This document shows positions 19,127 to 31,289 of a DNA stretch of 64,000 nucleotides, piece by piece. Position numbers and translations under genes: made by a program. Positions within the stretch are counted from its first letter, which is position 1; the number at the start of each line of letters is the position of its first letter. The notes beneath the pieces are model-generated. The model searched no databases and was not told the origin of the DNA. It worked only from the letters and a program-made list of their open reading frames with translations. Source of the DNA: Limnothrix sp. BL-A-16 (lineage in GTDB: Bacteria > Cyanobacteriota > Cyanobacteriia > CACIAM-69d); contig CP166615.1 in the NCBI GenBank assembly GCA_041937175.2, positions 4,192,001-4,256,000 on the forward strand. The letters run 5' to 3'.

Positions 19127-22100
19127 TTACTCGTCGTCAAACCCTTCACGGGCAAACACTTCGTAAGTGGGACGGGTGGGCGCACGGCGAACACCGGGGA
19201 TATCGATCATCAGGTCTACCTCCACATCGCGGCTGGTGCCGTCGTCTTGGATTTCGCTCTTGTGGACGGCGATGTCCAGGCAGAGGGATTGCAACTCGCG
19301 CATCAGCACCTTGAAGGATTCCGGCGTGCCGGGGCGCGGGATCGCTTTGCCCTTGACGATCGCGTTGAGGGCTTCGTTGCGGCCCTGCATGTCGTCGGAC
19401 TTGACCGTCAACAGCTCTTGCAGAATGTAGGCAGCCCCGAAGGCTTCCAGGGCCCACACTTCCATTTCCCCGAATCGCTGACCGCCCTGTTGGGCCTTCC
19501 CGCCGAGGGGCTGTTGGGTTACCAGCGAGTAGGGGCCGGTGCTGCGGGCGTGGATCTTGTCATCGACCAAGTGGACTAGCTTCAGCATGTAGCCCTTGCC
19601 GACGGTGACGGGGCGATCGAACGGTTCTCCCGTCCGGCCGTCGTAGACCGTGATTTTGCCGGGATTCGTCGGCTCAAACAGCCAGTCCTTGCCGGTTTCG
19701 TCGCGGGCTTCCTGCAACTTGCCATGCACCGCCAAGCGGGAGGCTTCTGCCCCGTACATTTCGTCAAAGGGCGTGACCTTGAAGCGCATCCCCAACTGCT
19801 CACCGGCCCAACCCAGCAAGCACTCAAACACCTGACCCACGTTCATCCGGGAGGGCACCCCTAGCGGGTTCAACACCACATCGACCGGGCTACCGTCGGG
19901 CAAGAAAGGCATATCTTCCACGGGCAGGATCTTGGAGATGATCCCCTTGTTGCCGTGGCGGCCAGCCATCTTGTCGCCCACTTGGATTTTCCGCTTTTGG
20001 GCCACGTAAACCCGCACGACCATGTTCGCGCCGGGGGGCAGCTCGTCGCCCTGCTCTCGGGTAAATACCCGCACATCAACAACGCGCCCCTTTTCACCAT
20101 TGGGCACGCGCAGGGAGTTGTCGCGCACGTCCCGAGCCTTCTCGCCGAAGATTGCCCGCAGTAGTTTTTCTTCCGGCGGTTGATCCGATTCACCCTTGGG
20201 CGTGACTTTGCCGACCAGGATGTCACCGGATTCCACCCAAGCGCCGATCCGGATGATGCCGTGCTCGTCCAGTTGGCGCAGGGCATCTTCCCCGACGTTG
20301 GGAATTTCGCGGGTGATTTCTTCGGGGCCGAGCTTGGTTTGGCGGGCTTCAATCTCGAATTTTTCAACGTGGATCGAGGTATAGACATCCTCGGCCACCA
20401 GGCGCTCACTGATTAGGATTGCGTCTTCGTAGTTGTAGCCTTCCCAGGGCATGTAAACGACGGTGACGTTTTGCCCCAGGGCCAGCTCGCCGCCTTCAGT
20501 GGAAGAGCCGTCGGCCAGCACTTGCCCGGCCACGACGCGCTCGCCGCTGTAAACCAAGGGGCGTTGGTTAAGGCAGGTGTCCTGGTTCGATCGCTGGTAT
20601 TTTTGCAACTCGTATTCCAGGATGTTGCCGTCCGGATCCTTGACGCGGATTTCCTTGGCGGACACGTAGACCACTTCCCCAGCGGTGCGAGAGACGATCA
20701 CCATCCCCGAGTCGCGGGCGGCCTGGGCTTCCAGACCCGTGCCCACCAAGGGGCGCTCGGGCCGCAACAGGGGCACGGCTTGCCGTTGCATGTTTGATCC
20801 CATCAGGGCCCGGTTTGCGTCGTCATGCTCCAGGAACGGAATCAAGGACGTTGCCACCGAGATGATTTGTACCGGGGAAACGGCGATGTAGTCCACCTGG
20901 TCGGGGGTGGTGGTGGTGAACTCCTGGCGGTAGCGCACGGGCACCGATTCCCCGAGGATGTAGCCGTTTTCGTCCATGGGCACATCCCCAGGAGCGACGC
21001 GCACATCGTCCTCTTCGTCGGCAGTCATGTAGATCGGCCGGCGATCGAGCCGGACGCGGCCATTTTCCACCGGAAAAACCGGGGTGGTAATGAATCCGTA
21101 GGGGTTGACGCGGGCATGGGTCGCCAAGGAACCGATCAAACCGGCGTTCGGGCCTTCCGGCGTTTCGATCGGGCAGATCCGGCCGTGGTGGCTGGGGTGA
21201 ATGTCCCGCACCGCGAAGCCCGCCCGCTCCCGGGTCAGACCACCGGGCCCCAAGGCGCTGAGGCGACGCTTGTGGGTCAACTCCGCCAAGGGATTGGTCT
21301 GATCCATGAACTGGGACAGTTGGCTGGAGCCGAAGAACTCCTTAATCGCCGCCACCAGGGGTTTTGGGTTGACCAAGGAAGCGGGCGTTAGGGAATCCGC
21401 ATCGGATACGGTCATCCGTTCGCGAATGATCCGCTCCAATCGGTTCAAGCCGACGCGCACTTGGTTTTGCAGCAGTTCACCGACCGATCGCACCCGGCGG
21501 TTACCCAGGTGGTCGATGTCATCGGTGCTGCCCAGGTCAAATTCCAGGTTGATCAGATAGTCGATCGCCGACAGGATATCCTGCGGAGTCAGCACGCGCA
21601 CTGTGTCGGGAATGTTCAGGTGCAGCTTGCGGTTGATCTTGTAGCGGCCCACCTTGCCCAGGTCGTAGCGTTTGGGATCAAAGAAGCGTGAATCCAACAG
21701 TTGCTGACCGCCAGAAACCGTCGGCGGTTCGCCCGGCCGCAGCTTGCGGTACAGCTCCATCAGCGCTTCTTCTTCGGAGAAGTCGCCTTCTTTTTCGATC
21801 GTCCGTTGGAAATATTCCGGGTGTCGCAGCCCATCGAGAATTTCCGCCGTCGTCCAACCCAGGGCCTTCAGCAGCACTTGGGCCGACAGCTTGCGGGTCT
21901 TATCGATCCGCACCCAAACCATGTCGTTTTTGTCGGTCTCGAACTTCAGCCAAGCGCCCCGGTTGGGAATCAAGCTAGCCGAATAGGTGCGGCGACCGCT
22001 CTTGTCGATTTCGAACTTGTAGTAAACGCCGGGGCTACGGACGATCTGATTCACGATCACCCGTTCCGCGCCGTTGATGATGAAGGTTCCCCGCTCCGTC

Positions 22101-22426
22101 ATCAAGGGTAGATCGCCAATAAAGACTTCCTGCTCCTTGATTTCGCCGGTTTCCTTGTTGATCAACCGGGTCGGCACATACATTTGCACCGAATAGGTGG
22201 CATCCCGCCGCTTGGCTTCATCAACGTCGTATTTGGGCCGCTTCAGCTTGTAGTTTTTGCCGATGAAGTGCAGCTCCAACTTGCCGGTATAGTCCGTGAT
22301 TGGGGAGAAGCTATCGAGTTCTTCGATCAGGCCTTCTTCGAGGAACCAACGGAAACTGGCCCGTTGAATTTCAATCAGGTCGGGCAGCAGAAACGAAGGG
22401 GTCGTGGTCGCGAGTTTGTCGGTCAT
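19127..22426 (-). CDS. rpoB: RNA polymerase beta subunit
   Basis: [40 protein letters not shown] upstream of the ATG. Confidence 0.99.
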   Translation of the reverse strand: MTDKLATTTPSFLLPDLIEIQRASFRWFLEEGLIEELDSFSPITDYTGKLELHFIGKNYKLKRPKYDVDEAKRRDATYSVQMYVPTRLINKETGEIKEQEVFIGDLPLMTERGTFIINGAERVIVNQIVRSPGVYYKFEIDKSGRRTYSASLIPNRGAWLKFETDKNDMVWVRIDKTRKLSAQVLLKALGWTTAEILDGLRHPEYFQRTIEKEGDFSEEEALMELYRKLRPGEPPTVSGGQQLLDSRFFDPKRYDLGKVGRYKINRKLHLNIPDTVRVLTPQDILSAIDYLINLEFDLGSTDDIDHLGNRRVRSVGELLQNQVRVGLNRLERIIRERMTVSDADSLTPASLVNPKPLVAAIKEFFGSSQLSQFMDQTNPLAELTHKRRLSALGPGGLTRERAGFAVRDIHPSHHGRICPIETPEGPNAGLIGSLATHARVNPYGFITTPVFPVENGRVRLDRRPIYMTADEEDDVRVAPGDVPMDENGYILGESVPVRYRQEFTTTTPDQVDYIAVSPVQIISVATSLIPFLEHDDANRALMGSNMQRQAVPLLRPERPLVGTGLEAQAARDSGMVIVSRTAGEVVYVSAKEIRVKDPDGNILEYELQKYQRSNQDTCLNQRPLVYSGERVVAGQVLADGSSTEGGELALGQNVTVVYMPWEGYNYEDAILISERLVAEDVYTSIHVEKFEIEARQTKLGPEEITREIPNVGEDALRQLDEHGIIRIGAWVESGDILVGKVTPKGESDQPPEEKLLRAIFGEKARDVRDNSLRVPNGEKGRVVDVRVFTREQGDELPPGANMVVRVYVAQKRKIQVGDKMAGRHGNKGIISKILPVEDMPFLPDGSPVDVVLNPLGVPSRMNVGQVFECLLGWAGEQLGMRFKVTPFDEMYGAEASRLAVHGKLQEARDETGKDWLFEPTNPGKITVYDGRTGEPFDRPVTVGKGYMLKLVHLVDDKIHARSTGPYSLVTQQPLGGKAQQGGQRFGEMEVWALEAFGAAYILQELLTVKSDDMQGRNEALNAIVKGKAIPRPGTPESFKVLMRELQSLCLDIAVHKSEIQDDGTSRDVEVDLMIDIPGVRRAPTRPTYEVFAREGFDDE

Positions 22427-22567
22427 GCGTCTCCTGGGGGCGGTGATGCCAAGTGCAAACCCGTTGGCAGATGGAACGCGGGCAGCAAAACAGCAGCAAA
22501 ACAACGGTGACCGGGCCTGACTAAGGGGCGAATCGCAGGGGCGATCGCCCGGCCCGGCTGCGGGGCC

Positions 22568-23392
22568 CTAGGCGAGGGCCAGGGCGGGAACGGTGGGTTC
22601 GATCGACTGGGGCAGTCGGAACAACTGGCGAGCATTGGCGCTGGTCTGCTCACCCAGGGCGATCGGGTCAAGATTCCGCAGGGCGGCTACCTGGTTGAGC
22701 ACCGAAACCACGTAGGCCGGTTCATTGCGACGACCGCGATGGGGCACGGGAGCCAAAAACGGGCAATCCGTTTCCACCAACAGGCGATCGAGCGGCACCA
22801 CCTTGGCGGATTCCTGAATGTCTGGGGCATTCTTGAAAGTGACCGTGCCGCTGAAGCTGATGTGAAATCCGAGTTCCACAAACTGCAAAGCCTGCTGAGG
22901 GGTACCTCCCCAGCAGTGCAAAACTCCCGCCGGACAACCCGGGCGATCGCGCAGAAACTCAAGCATTTCCTCCGCAGCGTCGCGGCAATGGATAATCACC
23001 GGCAGACCCAAATCGCTGGCCAAATCGAGCTGGGCCCCAAAGGCCGCAAACTGCACTTGATGGGCCGTTGATTTGTAGAAGTCGAGACCGGTTTCGCCAA
23101 TGGCCACCACCTTTGAATCCGATTGAGCCAAGGTGCGAATTTGCTCGCCCAACGCCTCTTGCCACTGATGTTCCGCCTCCAGTGGGTGTAGCCCAACGGC
23201 GAAAAACACTTCAGGGCAAGCTTGGGCGATCGCCTGAATCGCCCCAAACTCGCCCGGATGCACACAAGCGTGAACCAACGCGTCAACGCCGGCCGCCAAC
23301 CAACGCTGGCGAACGGCGCTGAAATCATCACTAAAGTTGGGAAAATTAACGTGAACGTGCGTGTCGATCGCTTTCACGGCGCGTTTACCCAC
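22568..23392 (-). CDS. tatD: TatD family hydrolase
   Basis: IDTHVH, GLHP, IGETGLD, IIHCR, ETDCP. Confidence 0.95.
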   Translation of the reverse strand: MGKRAVKAIDTHVHVNFPNFSDDFSAVRQRWLAAGVDALVHACVHPGEFGAIQAIAQACPEVFFAVGLHPLEAEHQWQEALGEQIRTLAQSDSKVVAIGETGLDFYKSTAHQVQFAAFGAQLDLASDLGLPVIIHCRDAAEEMLEFLRDRPGCPAGVLHCWGGTPQQALQFVELGFHISFSGTVTFKNAPDIQESAKVVPLDRLLVETDCPFLAPVPHRGRRNEPAYVVSVLNQVAALRNLDPIALGEQTSANARQLFRLPQSIEPTVPALALA

Positions 23393-23496
23393 CTCGACTA
23401 CGGCTAAGGGTTAATGCTTGGGATCTCAGCCCAGCAGTCTCAGTCAGCGATGGACAACGCACCAAGGGTGGCGAGGCCCCATCGCCTAACCAACCC

Positions 23497-23787
23497 TTAA
23501 GCAGCGACAGCCTTCTTCAGGTAGCTGGCCAACTTCGACTTTTTGCGCGCAGCGTTGTTGCGGTGATAAACACCCCGCTTCACGGCCTTGTCAATTTTGC
23601 TGGCGGCGTTGGACAGATTTGCTTGGACGGCTTCCAGGGCTTCCGGCGAAGGGTTGGCCGCGTAAGCATCCACCGACGACAGATATTTCTTGGTCAGGGT
23701 TCGCACCGCCGACTTATAAGCTTTATTACGCAGTCGATTACGCTCTGCGATCTGAACGCGCTTGATTGCAGACTTAATATTAGCCAC
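23497..23787 (-). CDS. rpsT: 30S ribosomal protein S20
   Basis: ANIKSAIKR...[20 protein letters not shown]. Confidence 0.98.
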   Translation of the reverse strand: MANIKSAIKRVQIAERNRLRNKAYKSAVRTLTKKYLSSVDAYAANPSPEALEAVQANLSNAASKIDKAVKRGVYHRNNAARKKSKLASYLKKAVAA

Positions 23788-24362
23788 GGTCGATCTCTTA
23801 GGATTTCGATTGCAACGTTGACACTAGATTCCCATGCCTGGGCAAGGGGGACACCCAAACCAGAGGATTTGGGTTCTTGCTTGTTTCTCGTGGTCGAGTC
23901 TTCCGCGCCTTCGTTCTAGGATGAGACCAGGAAAAGTCTCAGGGTCGCTCCGCAGGCTGACACCGCTACAATGAGCGGTCAAGAAGCATCGGCACTGGTT
24001 CCTTGGGCCCGGTGAGTCGTGACGCTGGTGAGCAAGAAAAAAATTTCGGCTCTGGCAGTCACCCTTTGGCAAGGCTGGACAAGGAGAGATTGGACGGTGT
24101 TGGAACTGCCCGGCGATCCATAATAACACCCACTGCCGGAACTCGTGCAAAGAACTCCGGAATTTTGTTAAAAAATGTTTTAATACTCACCGCATTCGCC
24201 CGGCGATCAGGACTCTGGCGCGATCACTTTTTAACCCTTGCTCTCAGGAGACAAGGTTTTCAGGCTGCCGAGTGTTTCTATAATGATGACTACGCCGATC
24301 TCGTCGGTAGCCACGGGGCGCTGCGAGGTCGCCGAATTGGACGACCAGGACGCGAAGACTCC

Positions 24363-25673
24363 ATGTTGCGAATTATTACCGAATTGGCCGAGGCCCGGTC
24401 GGAGCTACGGCGGATTTGCGATCGCACCCACGATGAGCAGGTGACGCACAAGGAAGCCACCGTGCGTCAGATCCTCCAAACCGTGAAGCGCCAAGGCGAT
24501 CGGGCCTTGCTGGCCTACACGGAAGAGTTTGACAAGCAGATTTTAACTGCCGAGCAACTTCGCGTCACGGGGTCGGAACTGGATGCGGCCTATCAACAGG
24601 TTTCCAAGGAACTGCTGTCCGCGATCCAACTGGCGAGCCGACAAATTGAGGAATTTCATCGGCTGCGGGTTCCCAAAAGCTGGGTGCAATTTGGCGATCG
24701 AGATGTGGTCTTGGGCAAGCGCTACACACCGGTTGATCGCGCCGGTCTTTACGTTCCCGGTGGTCGGGCTGCCTATCCCAGCACCGTGCTGATGAATGCG
24801 ATTCCGGCCAAAGTGGCCGGGGTGGAGCGAATTGTGATGGTGACCCCGCCGGGGCCCGGGGGTGCTTTGAACCCGGCCGTGCTGGTGGCGGCCCAAGAAG
24901 CGGGCGTGACGGAAATCTACCGCGTGGGCGGGGCCCAGGCGATCGCCGCCCTCGCCTACGGTACGGAAACGATTCCGAAAGTGGATGTGATCACCGGCCC
25001 CGGAAATGTTTACGTGATGCTGGCCAAGGGGCAAGTCTACGGCACGGTGGGCATTGACTCCCTCGCGGGCCCCTCGGAGGTGCTTGTGATTGCCGATCGC
25101 ACCGCGGACCCCACCCACCTGGCCGCCGACCTGCTCGCCCAGGCTGAGCATGACCCCATGGCCGCTGCAATCTTGATCACCACCGATGGCGACCTGGCCG
25201 GAAAGGTGGTCAACGAGGTGAAGGATCAACTGGCAGATCACCCTCGGCGGATTGATACGGAAAAGGCGATCGCCCATTTCGGTCTGGTTGTTGTGGTGGA
25301 AACGCTGGAACTGGCGGCGGAATTGTCCAACGAATTTGCACCGGAACACCTGGAATTGGAAGTGGCGGAACCCTGGGATCTTCTGGAGCGGATTAAACAT
25401 GCCGGAGCCATCTTCCTGGGCCACTCCACACCGGAAGCGGTGGGCGACTACCTCGCGGGCCCCAACCACACCCTGCCCACCTCCGGTGCAGCCCGCTATG
25501 CCTCGCCCCTGAGCACGGAAACCTTCATGAAGCACTCCAGTATCATTTCCTATTCCGCCGGGGCCCTGTCGTCCGTGTCTTCGGCGGTGCAGGCCTTGGC
25601 GGAGGCGGAGGGTCTGCCGTCCCATGGCTATTCCGTGAAGGTGCGCACCGATCGCCCCAGCCCCGAACGGTAG
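24363..25673 (+). CDS. hisD: histidinol dehydrogenase
   Basis: GLYVPGG, GGAQAI, AGPSEV, AQAEH, APEHL, GDYLAGPNH; ATG at 24363. Confidence 0.97.
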   Translation: MLRIITELAEARSELRRICDRTHDEQVTHKEATVRQILQTVKRQGDRALLAYTEEFDKQILTAEQLRVTGSELDAAYQQVSKELLSAIQLASRQIEEFHRLRVPKSWVQFGDRDVVLGKRYTPVDRAGLYVPGGRAAYPSTVLMNAIPAKVAGVERIVMVTPPGPGGALNPAVLVAAQEAGVTEIYRVGGAQAIAALAYGTETIPKVDVITGPGNVYVMLAKGQVYGTVGIDSLAGPSEVLVIADRTADPTHLAADLLAQAEHDPMAAAILITTDGDLAGKVVNEVKDQLADHPRRIDTEKAIAHFGLVVVVETLELAAELSNEFAPEHLELEVAEPWDLLERIKHAGAIFLGHSTPEAVGDYLAGPNHTLPTSGAARYASPLSTETFMKHSSIISYSAGALSSVSSAVQALAEAEGLPSHGYSVKVRTDRPSPER

Positions 25674-26051
25674 TGGCCACGGGAACGCGATTGACCGGCG
25701 ACTTGACCGGCGATTGGACGTTGAGATTTATTGCAGATTGTTACCTGTTGTTGTAACTCTTCATATCCCATCCCCCATCCCCCCAAAGGAGATTGATAGA
25801 CTAAACAACAGTTTTTTTAAGGCTTTGATCCTTAGCGATCGTTAGCAAGCCGTTTTTAAAATCCCCATGCAGCCTTTGATCCCGCACAACCGCTGTGCAG
25901 TTGTCAGGAAAGATTGGCTGCTGATCATCCCGTTGACGACCCTTCCCTAGCACGCTGATAGATCTGTTCAGATTGCTCCAGTCAGATCGCTACAGATCCT
26001 GTCTGGCTCAGTCATCTGCCCAACCCGTACCTCGATCGCACTAAGCAATTC

Positions 26052-27122
26052 ATGGTTAGCACTCCCCAAAAACCGCAAGCCGTCCAGCCGGGAGTCAAAG
26101 TTCCCGCCAAGGACACGATCCTCACGCCGCGCTTTTACACCACCAACTTCGAAGAAATGGCGGCGATGGACATCTCTGCCAACGAAGAGGAACTCCAAGC
26201 GATCATTGAAGAATTTCGGGTGGACTATAACCGCCACCACTTCGTGCGCGACGAGGAGTTCAACCAAAGCTGGGATCACATTGACGGCAAAACCCGCGAG
26301 CTGTTCATTGAGTTTCTGGAGCGCTCCTGCACCGCTGAGTTTTCGGGCTTCTTGCTTTACAAGGAACTGTCGCGGAAGCTGAAGGGCAAAAACCCGGTGC
26401 TGGCCGAAGGGTTTGAGCTGATGTCGCGGGATGAAGCACGCCATGCGGGCTTCCTGAACAAGGCGATGACGGACTTCAACCTGTCGCTGGATTTGGGCTT
26501 CCTGACCCAAAGCAAGAGCTACACCTACTTCGCACCGAAGTTCATCTTCTACGCGACCTACCTGTCGGAAAAGATCGGCTACTGGCGCTACATCACGATC
26601 TATCGCCACCTGGAAAAGAATCCCGAAGACCGGATTTATCCGATCTTCCGCTTCTTTGAAAACTGGTGCCAAGACGAGAACCGCCACGGCGACTTTTTCG
26701 ATGCGGTGCTGCGGGCCAATCCCCAATTCCTGAACGACTGGAAAGCCCGTCTCTGGTGCCGCTTCTTCCTGCTGTCGGTGTTTGCGACGATGTTCTTGAA
26801 CGATCTGCAACGAAGCGGGTTCTACGCGGCGATCGGGCTGAACGCTCGCGACTATGACATCGAAGTGATTAAGAGAACCAACGAAACGGCGGGTCGGGTG
26901 TTCCCGATCATCCTGGATGTGGAGAACCCTGAGTTCTATGAGCGGCTTGATCGCTGTGCTGCCAACAACATCAAGTTGGGTGAAATCGCCGCCTCGAACG
27001 AACCGGGCTTCGTGAAAACCCTGCAAAAGCTGCCGTTGATTTTGAACACGGCTTGGCAGCTCATTGCCCTATTCCTGATGCCGCCCATCCGGGTTGACCA
27101 AAATTGGTCGGTGGCTCGCTAG
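26052..27122 (+). CDS. acsF: Mg-protoporphyrin IX monomethyl ester oxidative cyclase
   Basis: [35 protein letters not shown] di-iron motifs. Confidence 0.98.
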   Translation: MVSTPQKPQAVQPGVKVPAKDTILTPRFYTTNFEEMAAMDISANEEELQAIIEEFRVDYNRHHFVRDEEFNQSWDHIDGKTRELFIEFLERSCTAEFSGFLLYKELSRKLKGKNPVLAEGFELMSRDEARHAGFLNKAMTDFNLSLDLGFLTQSKSYTYFAPKFIFYATYLSEKIGYWRYITIYRHLEKNPEDRIYPIFRFFENWCQDENRHGDFFDAVLRANPQFLNDWKARLWCRFFLLSVFATMFLNDLQRSGFYAAIGLNARDYDIEVIKRTNETAGRVFPIILDVENPEFYERLDRCAANNIKLGEIAASNEPGFVKTLQKLPLILNTAWQLIALFLMPPIRVDQNWSVAR

Positions 27123-27373
27123 AACTCGGGAATTAGCCCTGATTTGACTGTCATTTCGAGCTGATTTGGTGGCCAGTGCTCAGCACTGGCCATCTTTTTT
27201 GTCTTCTTTTCTGCGTTTTGATCGCTGTTTCTGGCCCGTCGAGCTATCCATTGACGCACCATCAAGCAATGATTCGTTGACCTTCCTAGACAGTGGTAAG
27301 GTCGTTCGCTACCCTGAAGTCTGTAGTGACGGCTTTGCCGTATCCCGATCGAGATGGTTCTCTGTGCCTTGCC

Positions 27374-28348
27374 ATGACTGCTTCTAGCACAAAACGCCGC
27401 CGCCAACTGCCTTGGCTCCATCGCCACGGTCGCACCGTAATTGCGGGCATCGCCGGAACCGGTTTGGTGCTCACCAGCTATCTAACCGTGGTGAAGTTAA
27501 CGGGCGCGAAGGCGGCTTGCCCCACAGAAGGGTGCGATCGCGTCCTGAACAGTCCCTATGCCGAGGTGCTGGGGATACCACTGCCGCTGATTGGGATGCT
27601 GGGCTATGCAGCCATGTTGTTGTTGGCGCTGGCTCCCCTGGCCACCCAGCAGGCCCGCAAGGATTTGCAAGTCCAGATTGAGGAATGGAGCGGATTGCTG
27701 TTGGTGGCGGGCGGTGCAGCCATGGCCACGTTCAGCGGCTATTTGATGTATGTGATGGTCTCGGAAATTCGCGAGACTTGTCTCTATTGCTTGGGGTCGG
27801 CGTTCTTTTCCCTGTCGCTGTTTGGCCTGGCCCTCAGCAGTCGCCGTTGGGATGATTTAGGGAAACCGATTTTCACGGCGATCGGGCTGGCCATCATCAC
27901 GCTGGTGGGAACCTTGGGGGTCTATGCCACTCCCAGCGGATCCAGTTCCAACGGATCGGAAATGTTCACCATCAAGACCAATTCCGGCCCAGCGGAAATT
28001 GCTTTAGCCGAGCATCTCACCCAAACGGGGGCGCAGGAATTCGGAGCCTATTGGTGTCCCCACTGCCATGAGCAGAAAGAACTGTTTGGCAAGGAGGCGG
28101 CCGCGAAGTTGCCCTACGTGGAGTGTGATCCCAACGGCAAGAACGCCAAACCGGATCTTTGTCGGGCGGCGGGTATTCGCAGTTTCCCCTCCTGGAAAAT
28201 TGGTGGCAAGCTCTATGAAGGGGTGACTCCGCTCGATCGCCTGGCGGATTTGTCCGGCTATCAGGGCGATCGCACCTTCCGCCAAGGAAGCCTTCAGGAA
28301 CTGCCGAACCGCGCCGCCCCGATCCCAGAACCCGCTCCTAGTCCTTAA
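27374..28348 (+). CDS. VKOR-thioredoxin fusion (disulfide bond formation)
   Basis: C..GCDRVLNSPYA, CLYC, WCPHC...QKELFG. Confidence 0.93.
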   Translation: MTASSTKRRRQLPWLHRHGRTVIAGIAGTGLVLTSYLTVVKLTGAKAACPTEGCDRVLNSPYAEVLGIPLPLIGMLGYAAMLLLALAPLATQQARKDLQVQIEEWSGLLLVAGGAAMATFSGYLMYVMVSEIRETCLYCLGSAFFSLSLFGLALSSRRWDDLGKPIFTAIGLAIITLVGTLGVYATPSGSSSNGSEMFTIKTNSGPAEIALAEHLTQTGAQEFGAYWCPHCHEQKELFGKEAAAKLPYVECDPNGKNAKPDLCRAAGIRSFPSWKIGGKLYEGVTPLDRLADLSGYQGDRTFRQGSLQELPNRAAPIPEPAPSP

Positions 28349-28364
28349 ACCCCAATGCCCTTTA

Positions 28365-28398
28365 GCCCAACACCTGAGTTCAGGAGGTTGGGCGTTTT
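28365..28398 (+). terminator. intrinsic terminator after VKOR
   Basis: gcccaac..cctga/tcagg..gttgggc followed by gtttt. Confidence 0.6.
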
Positions 28399-28994
28399 AG
28401 ATTTTGGGGGCCATGATGGGGAATTGGGCCTGGAATCTTGAAAAATTTGCAAATGCTTCGCCGGATCAGGCAACTTTTCGCTAGAAAAGCTAAAACAGAC
28501 GGCATTTGCGTCAGCAGCGGCTAGTTAGCTTCTCCTTAGTCCCCCTTAGCACCACTGAGCTAGTGTCCATCTCGGTAGCACTGGACGCGGAACGTGGTGA
28601 ACTCCAAAACTGGGTTCCGGTGCTGGGTTTGGGGACTGGGTTCCGGTGCTGGGTGCAAATGCCATTCGATCGCGCGTAGGAGACCGGAGCTGCCCCAAAT
28701 TGGCTGGAATTGTCACGATCAAGGTTCGTTCCCCAAAGCCGTTAATTAAGCCGTAACGAAGCCAATCCGAGAGAGTGAGGTATCTATCACGATCCGTAAT
28801 CTCTGAAGCGTTACGATTGAGACCGGGAGCAGTCGGCTAGAATCCAGAAAAGATCGTCAAACATCTTGTCGGGGGCGGCCACTTTTGACCTGGCCCATTT
28901 GGCTTGACTCGATCCAGTATTTCCGATCAGGGTGGCGTGCCAACGGCTATTCGCGATGTTCTGTTTAGGCGTTTCGTTTAGATGCTCCGTTTAA

Positions 28995-29141
28995 TAGGGC
29001 CTGTCGTCATTATTTCGAGGTGATGCTGAAACAGTTGATCTTCCATGCCCTAGTCGTCGTAACAAGGGGCTTAAGCCCCTTGTCCCCCACGATCCGCTAA
29101 CGGCAGATCTAGGGTTTCGTGCTCAACGACGACAGGCCCTA
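28995..29141 (+). mobile_element. 147-bp MITE, copy A
   Basis: Perfect 14-bp terminal inverted repeat tagggcctgtcgtc/gacgacaggcccta (includes terminal TA); central palindrome acaaggggcttaagccccttgt; homologous to 55886..56032. Confidence 0.85.
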
Positions 29142-29238
29142 GTCCTCGTGATTTGATTGCTCGATTTAATCACCCAAGCTTGATCACCCATCGATCAACC
29201 AACCCTGATCACTCTTGAGACCTCTGACAGTGGCTGCT

Positions 29239-31155
29239 ATGCAGATTTGTCCCCAGTGCCAATGTGAAAACCCTGATGACAACAAGTACTGTCAGCAGTG
29301 TGGTGCCTCGCTCGATCGACTGCTCTGTCCGGAATGCGGCACTGAGAATCCCGTCGGTCAGCTCACCTGTAGTGACTGTGGCGAGGTGATCGGGACAGTT
29401 CTGCAAGCTCTTTTGGTGCCGCCGGAGCCGGATGCCGCTTGGCCAAATCCCCCCGAGACCAATGATCCCGACCAGCCTTTTCTGCGCTACAAGCCCTTGA
29501 CCCCGATTCGGGCAATTGATGCCAGCGCCCAATATCAAACCCAAGTGCTGGATCAACAGCCCTATCGACTGCGATTTTTCGATCGCTGGTTGCACCAACC
29601 GATCGAGGGCGACGCGGAACCCACCTTGCCCCCCAGCTCTCAACCCGCACCCAACGAACTCTCGATCGAGTCCCAGATTCCCTCCATTGCCCAACCCTAT
29701 CTGCTGCTCGATTCACAACTGGGCCAACGCTTGCCCCAGGTCTACGACACCTGGCAAGGAGAAGGCTGGCAAGTGCTGTTGATTGAGGATCGATCGGACT
29801 GGAAATCCCTGAGCGATCTGTGGCGAGATCCCGACACACCCACCCTGCAAGTCCTGCACGATCTCTACGAAATGCTCGACCTTTGGGAAGAGCTAATTCC
29901 CGTGCAATGTACCGCCAGTCTGCTGGTGCTCGACAACCTGTGTGTTGACGAAGACAGCGTTCTGAGCCTCAAGCGTCTGCATGACCCTACCGCACATCCG
30001 GAGCAGCCCACCGCCGCCAGCAGCCTCACACACTTGGGCGAAGCCTGGCTACAGTTACTGACCCAGGCAGAACACCCAGGAGCCGACTCCCTGATTAACC
30101 TGGCTCAACTGATTGCTCGGGGTCAATTCACTAGCCCCGACGTGGTGCGCCAGCACCTGCGGCTCATTGCCGACAACTTGGAGCAAAAATCCCCCGTAGC
30201 GGCGATCGCCGCCACCAGCCTGAGCGAAAGCGTGGCCATGCCTTCTGGCTCGGTTGTTCCCAACGGTGGCAACCCGCTCGCTAATCTTCCCCTCAGTAGC
30301 CTGCGGGATGACGATGAGGACGATACACCCACGATCGTCCTGCCCATGAAATTGTCGAGTCTGGATGAAGCGGGGCGCACCGATATTGGTCGCCAGCGCG
30401 ATCACAATGAGGACTACTTCGGCATTTACACCAACTTCCAGCGCCTGGAAACCCCCAACGGCAGGACGGTTCGGGCCCACAATCTCTACATACTCTGTGA
30501 CGGGATGGGGGGCCATGCTAGCGGGGAAGTGGCCAGCCACTTGGCGGTCAAAACCCTTCAGGACTATTTCCAAACCCATTGGCAAAATGAAATGCCCCCG
30601 ATCGAGGCCATTCGAGAGGGCATCTTCATCGCCAACCAGGCAATTTACGACGAAAACCAAAGCGAACAGCGATCGGGCAGTGGGCGGATGGGCACCACCC
30701 TGGTTCTAGTGCTTGTCCACAATTCCAAGGTAGCCGTGGCCCACGTGGGAGACAGCCGGCTCTATCGGCTCACCCGCCGTCGGGGTCTGGAGCAAATCAC
30801 CACCGATCACGAAGTCGGACAGCGGGAAATTCAGCGCGGCATTGATCCCGATGCCTATCAACTCACCCAAGCCCTGGGGCCCCGCGATAACACTGGAGTG
30901 GATCCAGAAATCCAGTTTTTAGATCTGGACGAAGATGCTCTGTTGTTGCTCTGTTCCGATGGATTGAGCGACAACGACTTGGTTGAAACCCACTGGCAAA
31001 CCCACTTAGCCCCACTGATTAGCTCTCGCGCCAATCTTGACCAAGGGGTTTCGCAACTGGTGGAGCTGGCAAATCAGCACAATGGCCATGACAACATCAC
31101 GGCCCTGCTGATTCGAGCGAAGGTGCAGCCCAATATGGACAGCATGTTGATGTAG
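29239..31155 (+). CDS. PP2C-type Ser/Thr phosphatase with N-terminal zinc ribbons
   Basis: Four CxxC pairs; TDIGRQRDHNED, CDGMGGH, GTT, HVGDSR, CSDGL, GHDNIT. Confidence 0.93.
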   Translation: MQICPQCQCENPDDNKYCQQCGASLDRLLCPECGTENPVGQLTCSDCGEVIGTVLQALLVPPEPDAAWPNPPETNDPDQPFLRYKPLTPIRAIDASAQYQTQVLDQQPYRLRFFDRWLHQPIEGDAEPTLPPSSQPAPNELSIESQIPSIAQPYLLLDSQLGQRLPQVYDTWQGEGWQVLLIEDRSDWKSLSDLWRDPDTPTLQVLHDLYEMLDLWEELIPVQCTASLLVLDNLCVDEDSVLSLKRLHDPTAHPEQPTAASSLTHLGEAWLQLLTQAEHPGADSLINLAQLIARGQFTSPDVVRQHLRLIADNLEQKSPVAAIAATSLSESVAMPSGSVVPNGGNPLANLPLSSLRDDDEDDTPTIVLPMKLSSLDEAGRTDIGRQRDHNEDYFGIYTNFQRLETPNGRTVRAHNLYILCDGMGGHASGEVASHLAVKTLQDYFQTHWQNEMPPIEAIREGIFIANQAIYDENQSEQRSGSGRMGTTLVLVLVHNSKVAVAHVGDSRLYRLTRRRGLEQITTDHEVGQREIQRGIDPDAYQLTQALGPRDNTGVDPEIQFLDLDEDALLLLCSDGLSDNDLVETHWQTHLAPLISSRANLDQGVSQLVELANQHNGHDNITALLIRAKVQPNMDSMLM

Positions 31156-31289
31156 AGCTGGGCGCTGATTGACGTAGAACTGAGCACTGAACTGAGCAGT
31201 CGGCCAGGCTTCCTAAATGGTTTAACCAGCAGCCAGGAAGCCATGGTCGATCGAACGGGGAGCGAGCTGAGTTCCTAAAAGCTAAACTC

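Noticed and set aside
24003..24362. Apparent N-terminal extension of HisD (likewise for RpoB, RpoC1, PcrA and the deaminase)
   Set aside because: Artefact of longest-ORF calling; family-like sequence starts at downstream ATGs
25740..25757. GTTAC-N8-GTAAC palindrome upstream of acsF
   Set aside because: A single short site that does not match NtcA (GTA-N8-TAC); cannot be assigned
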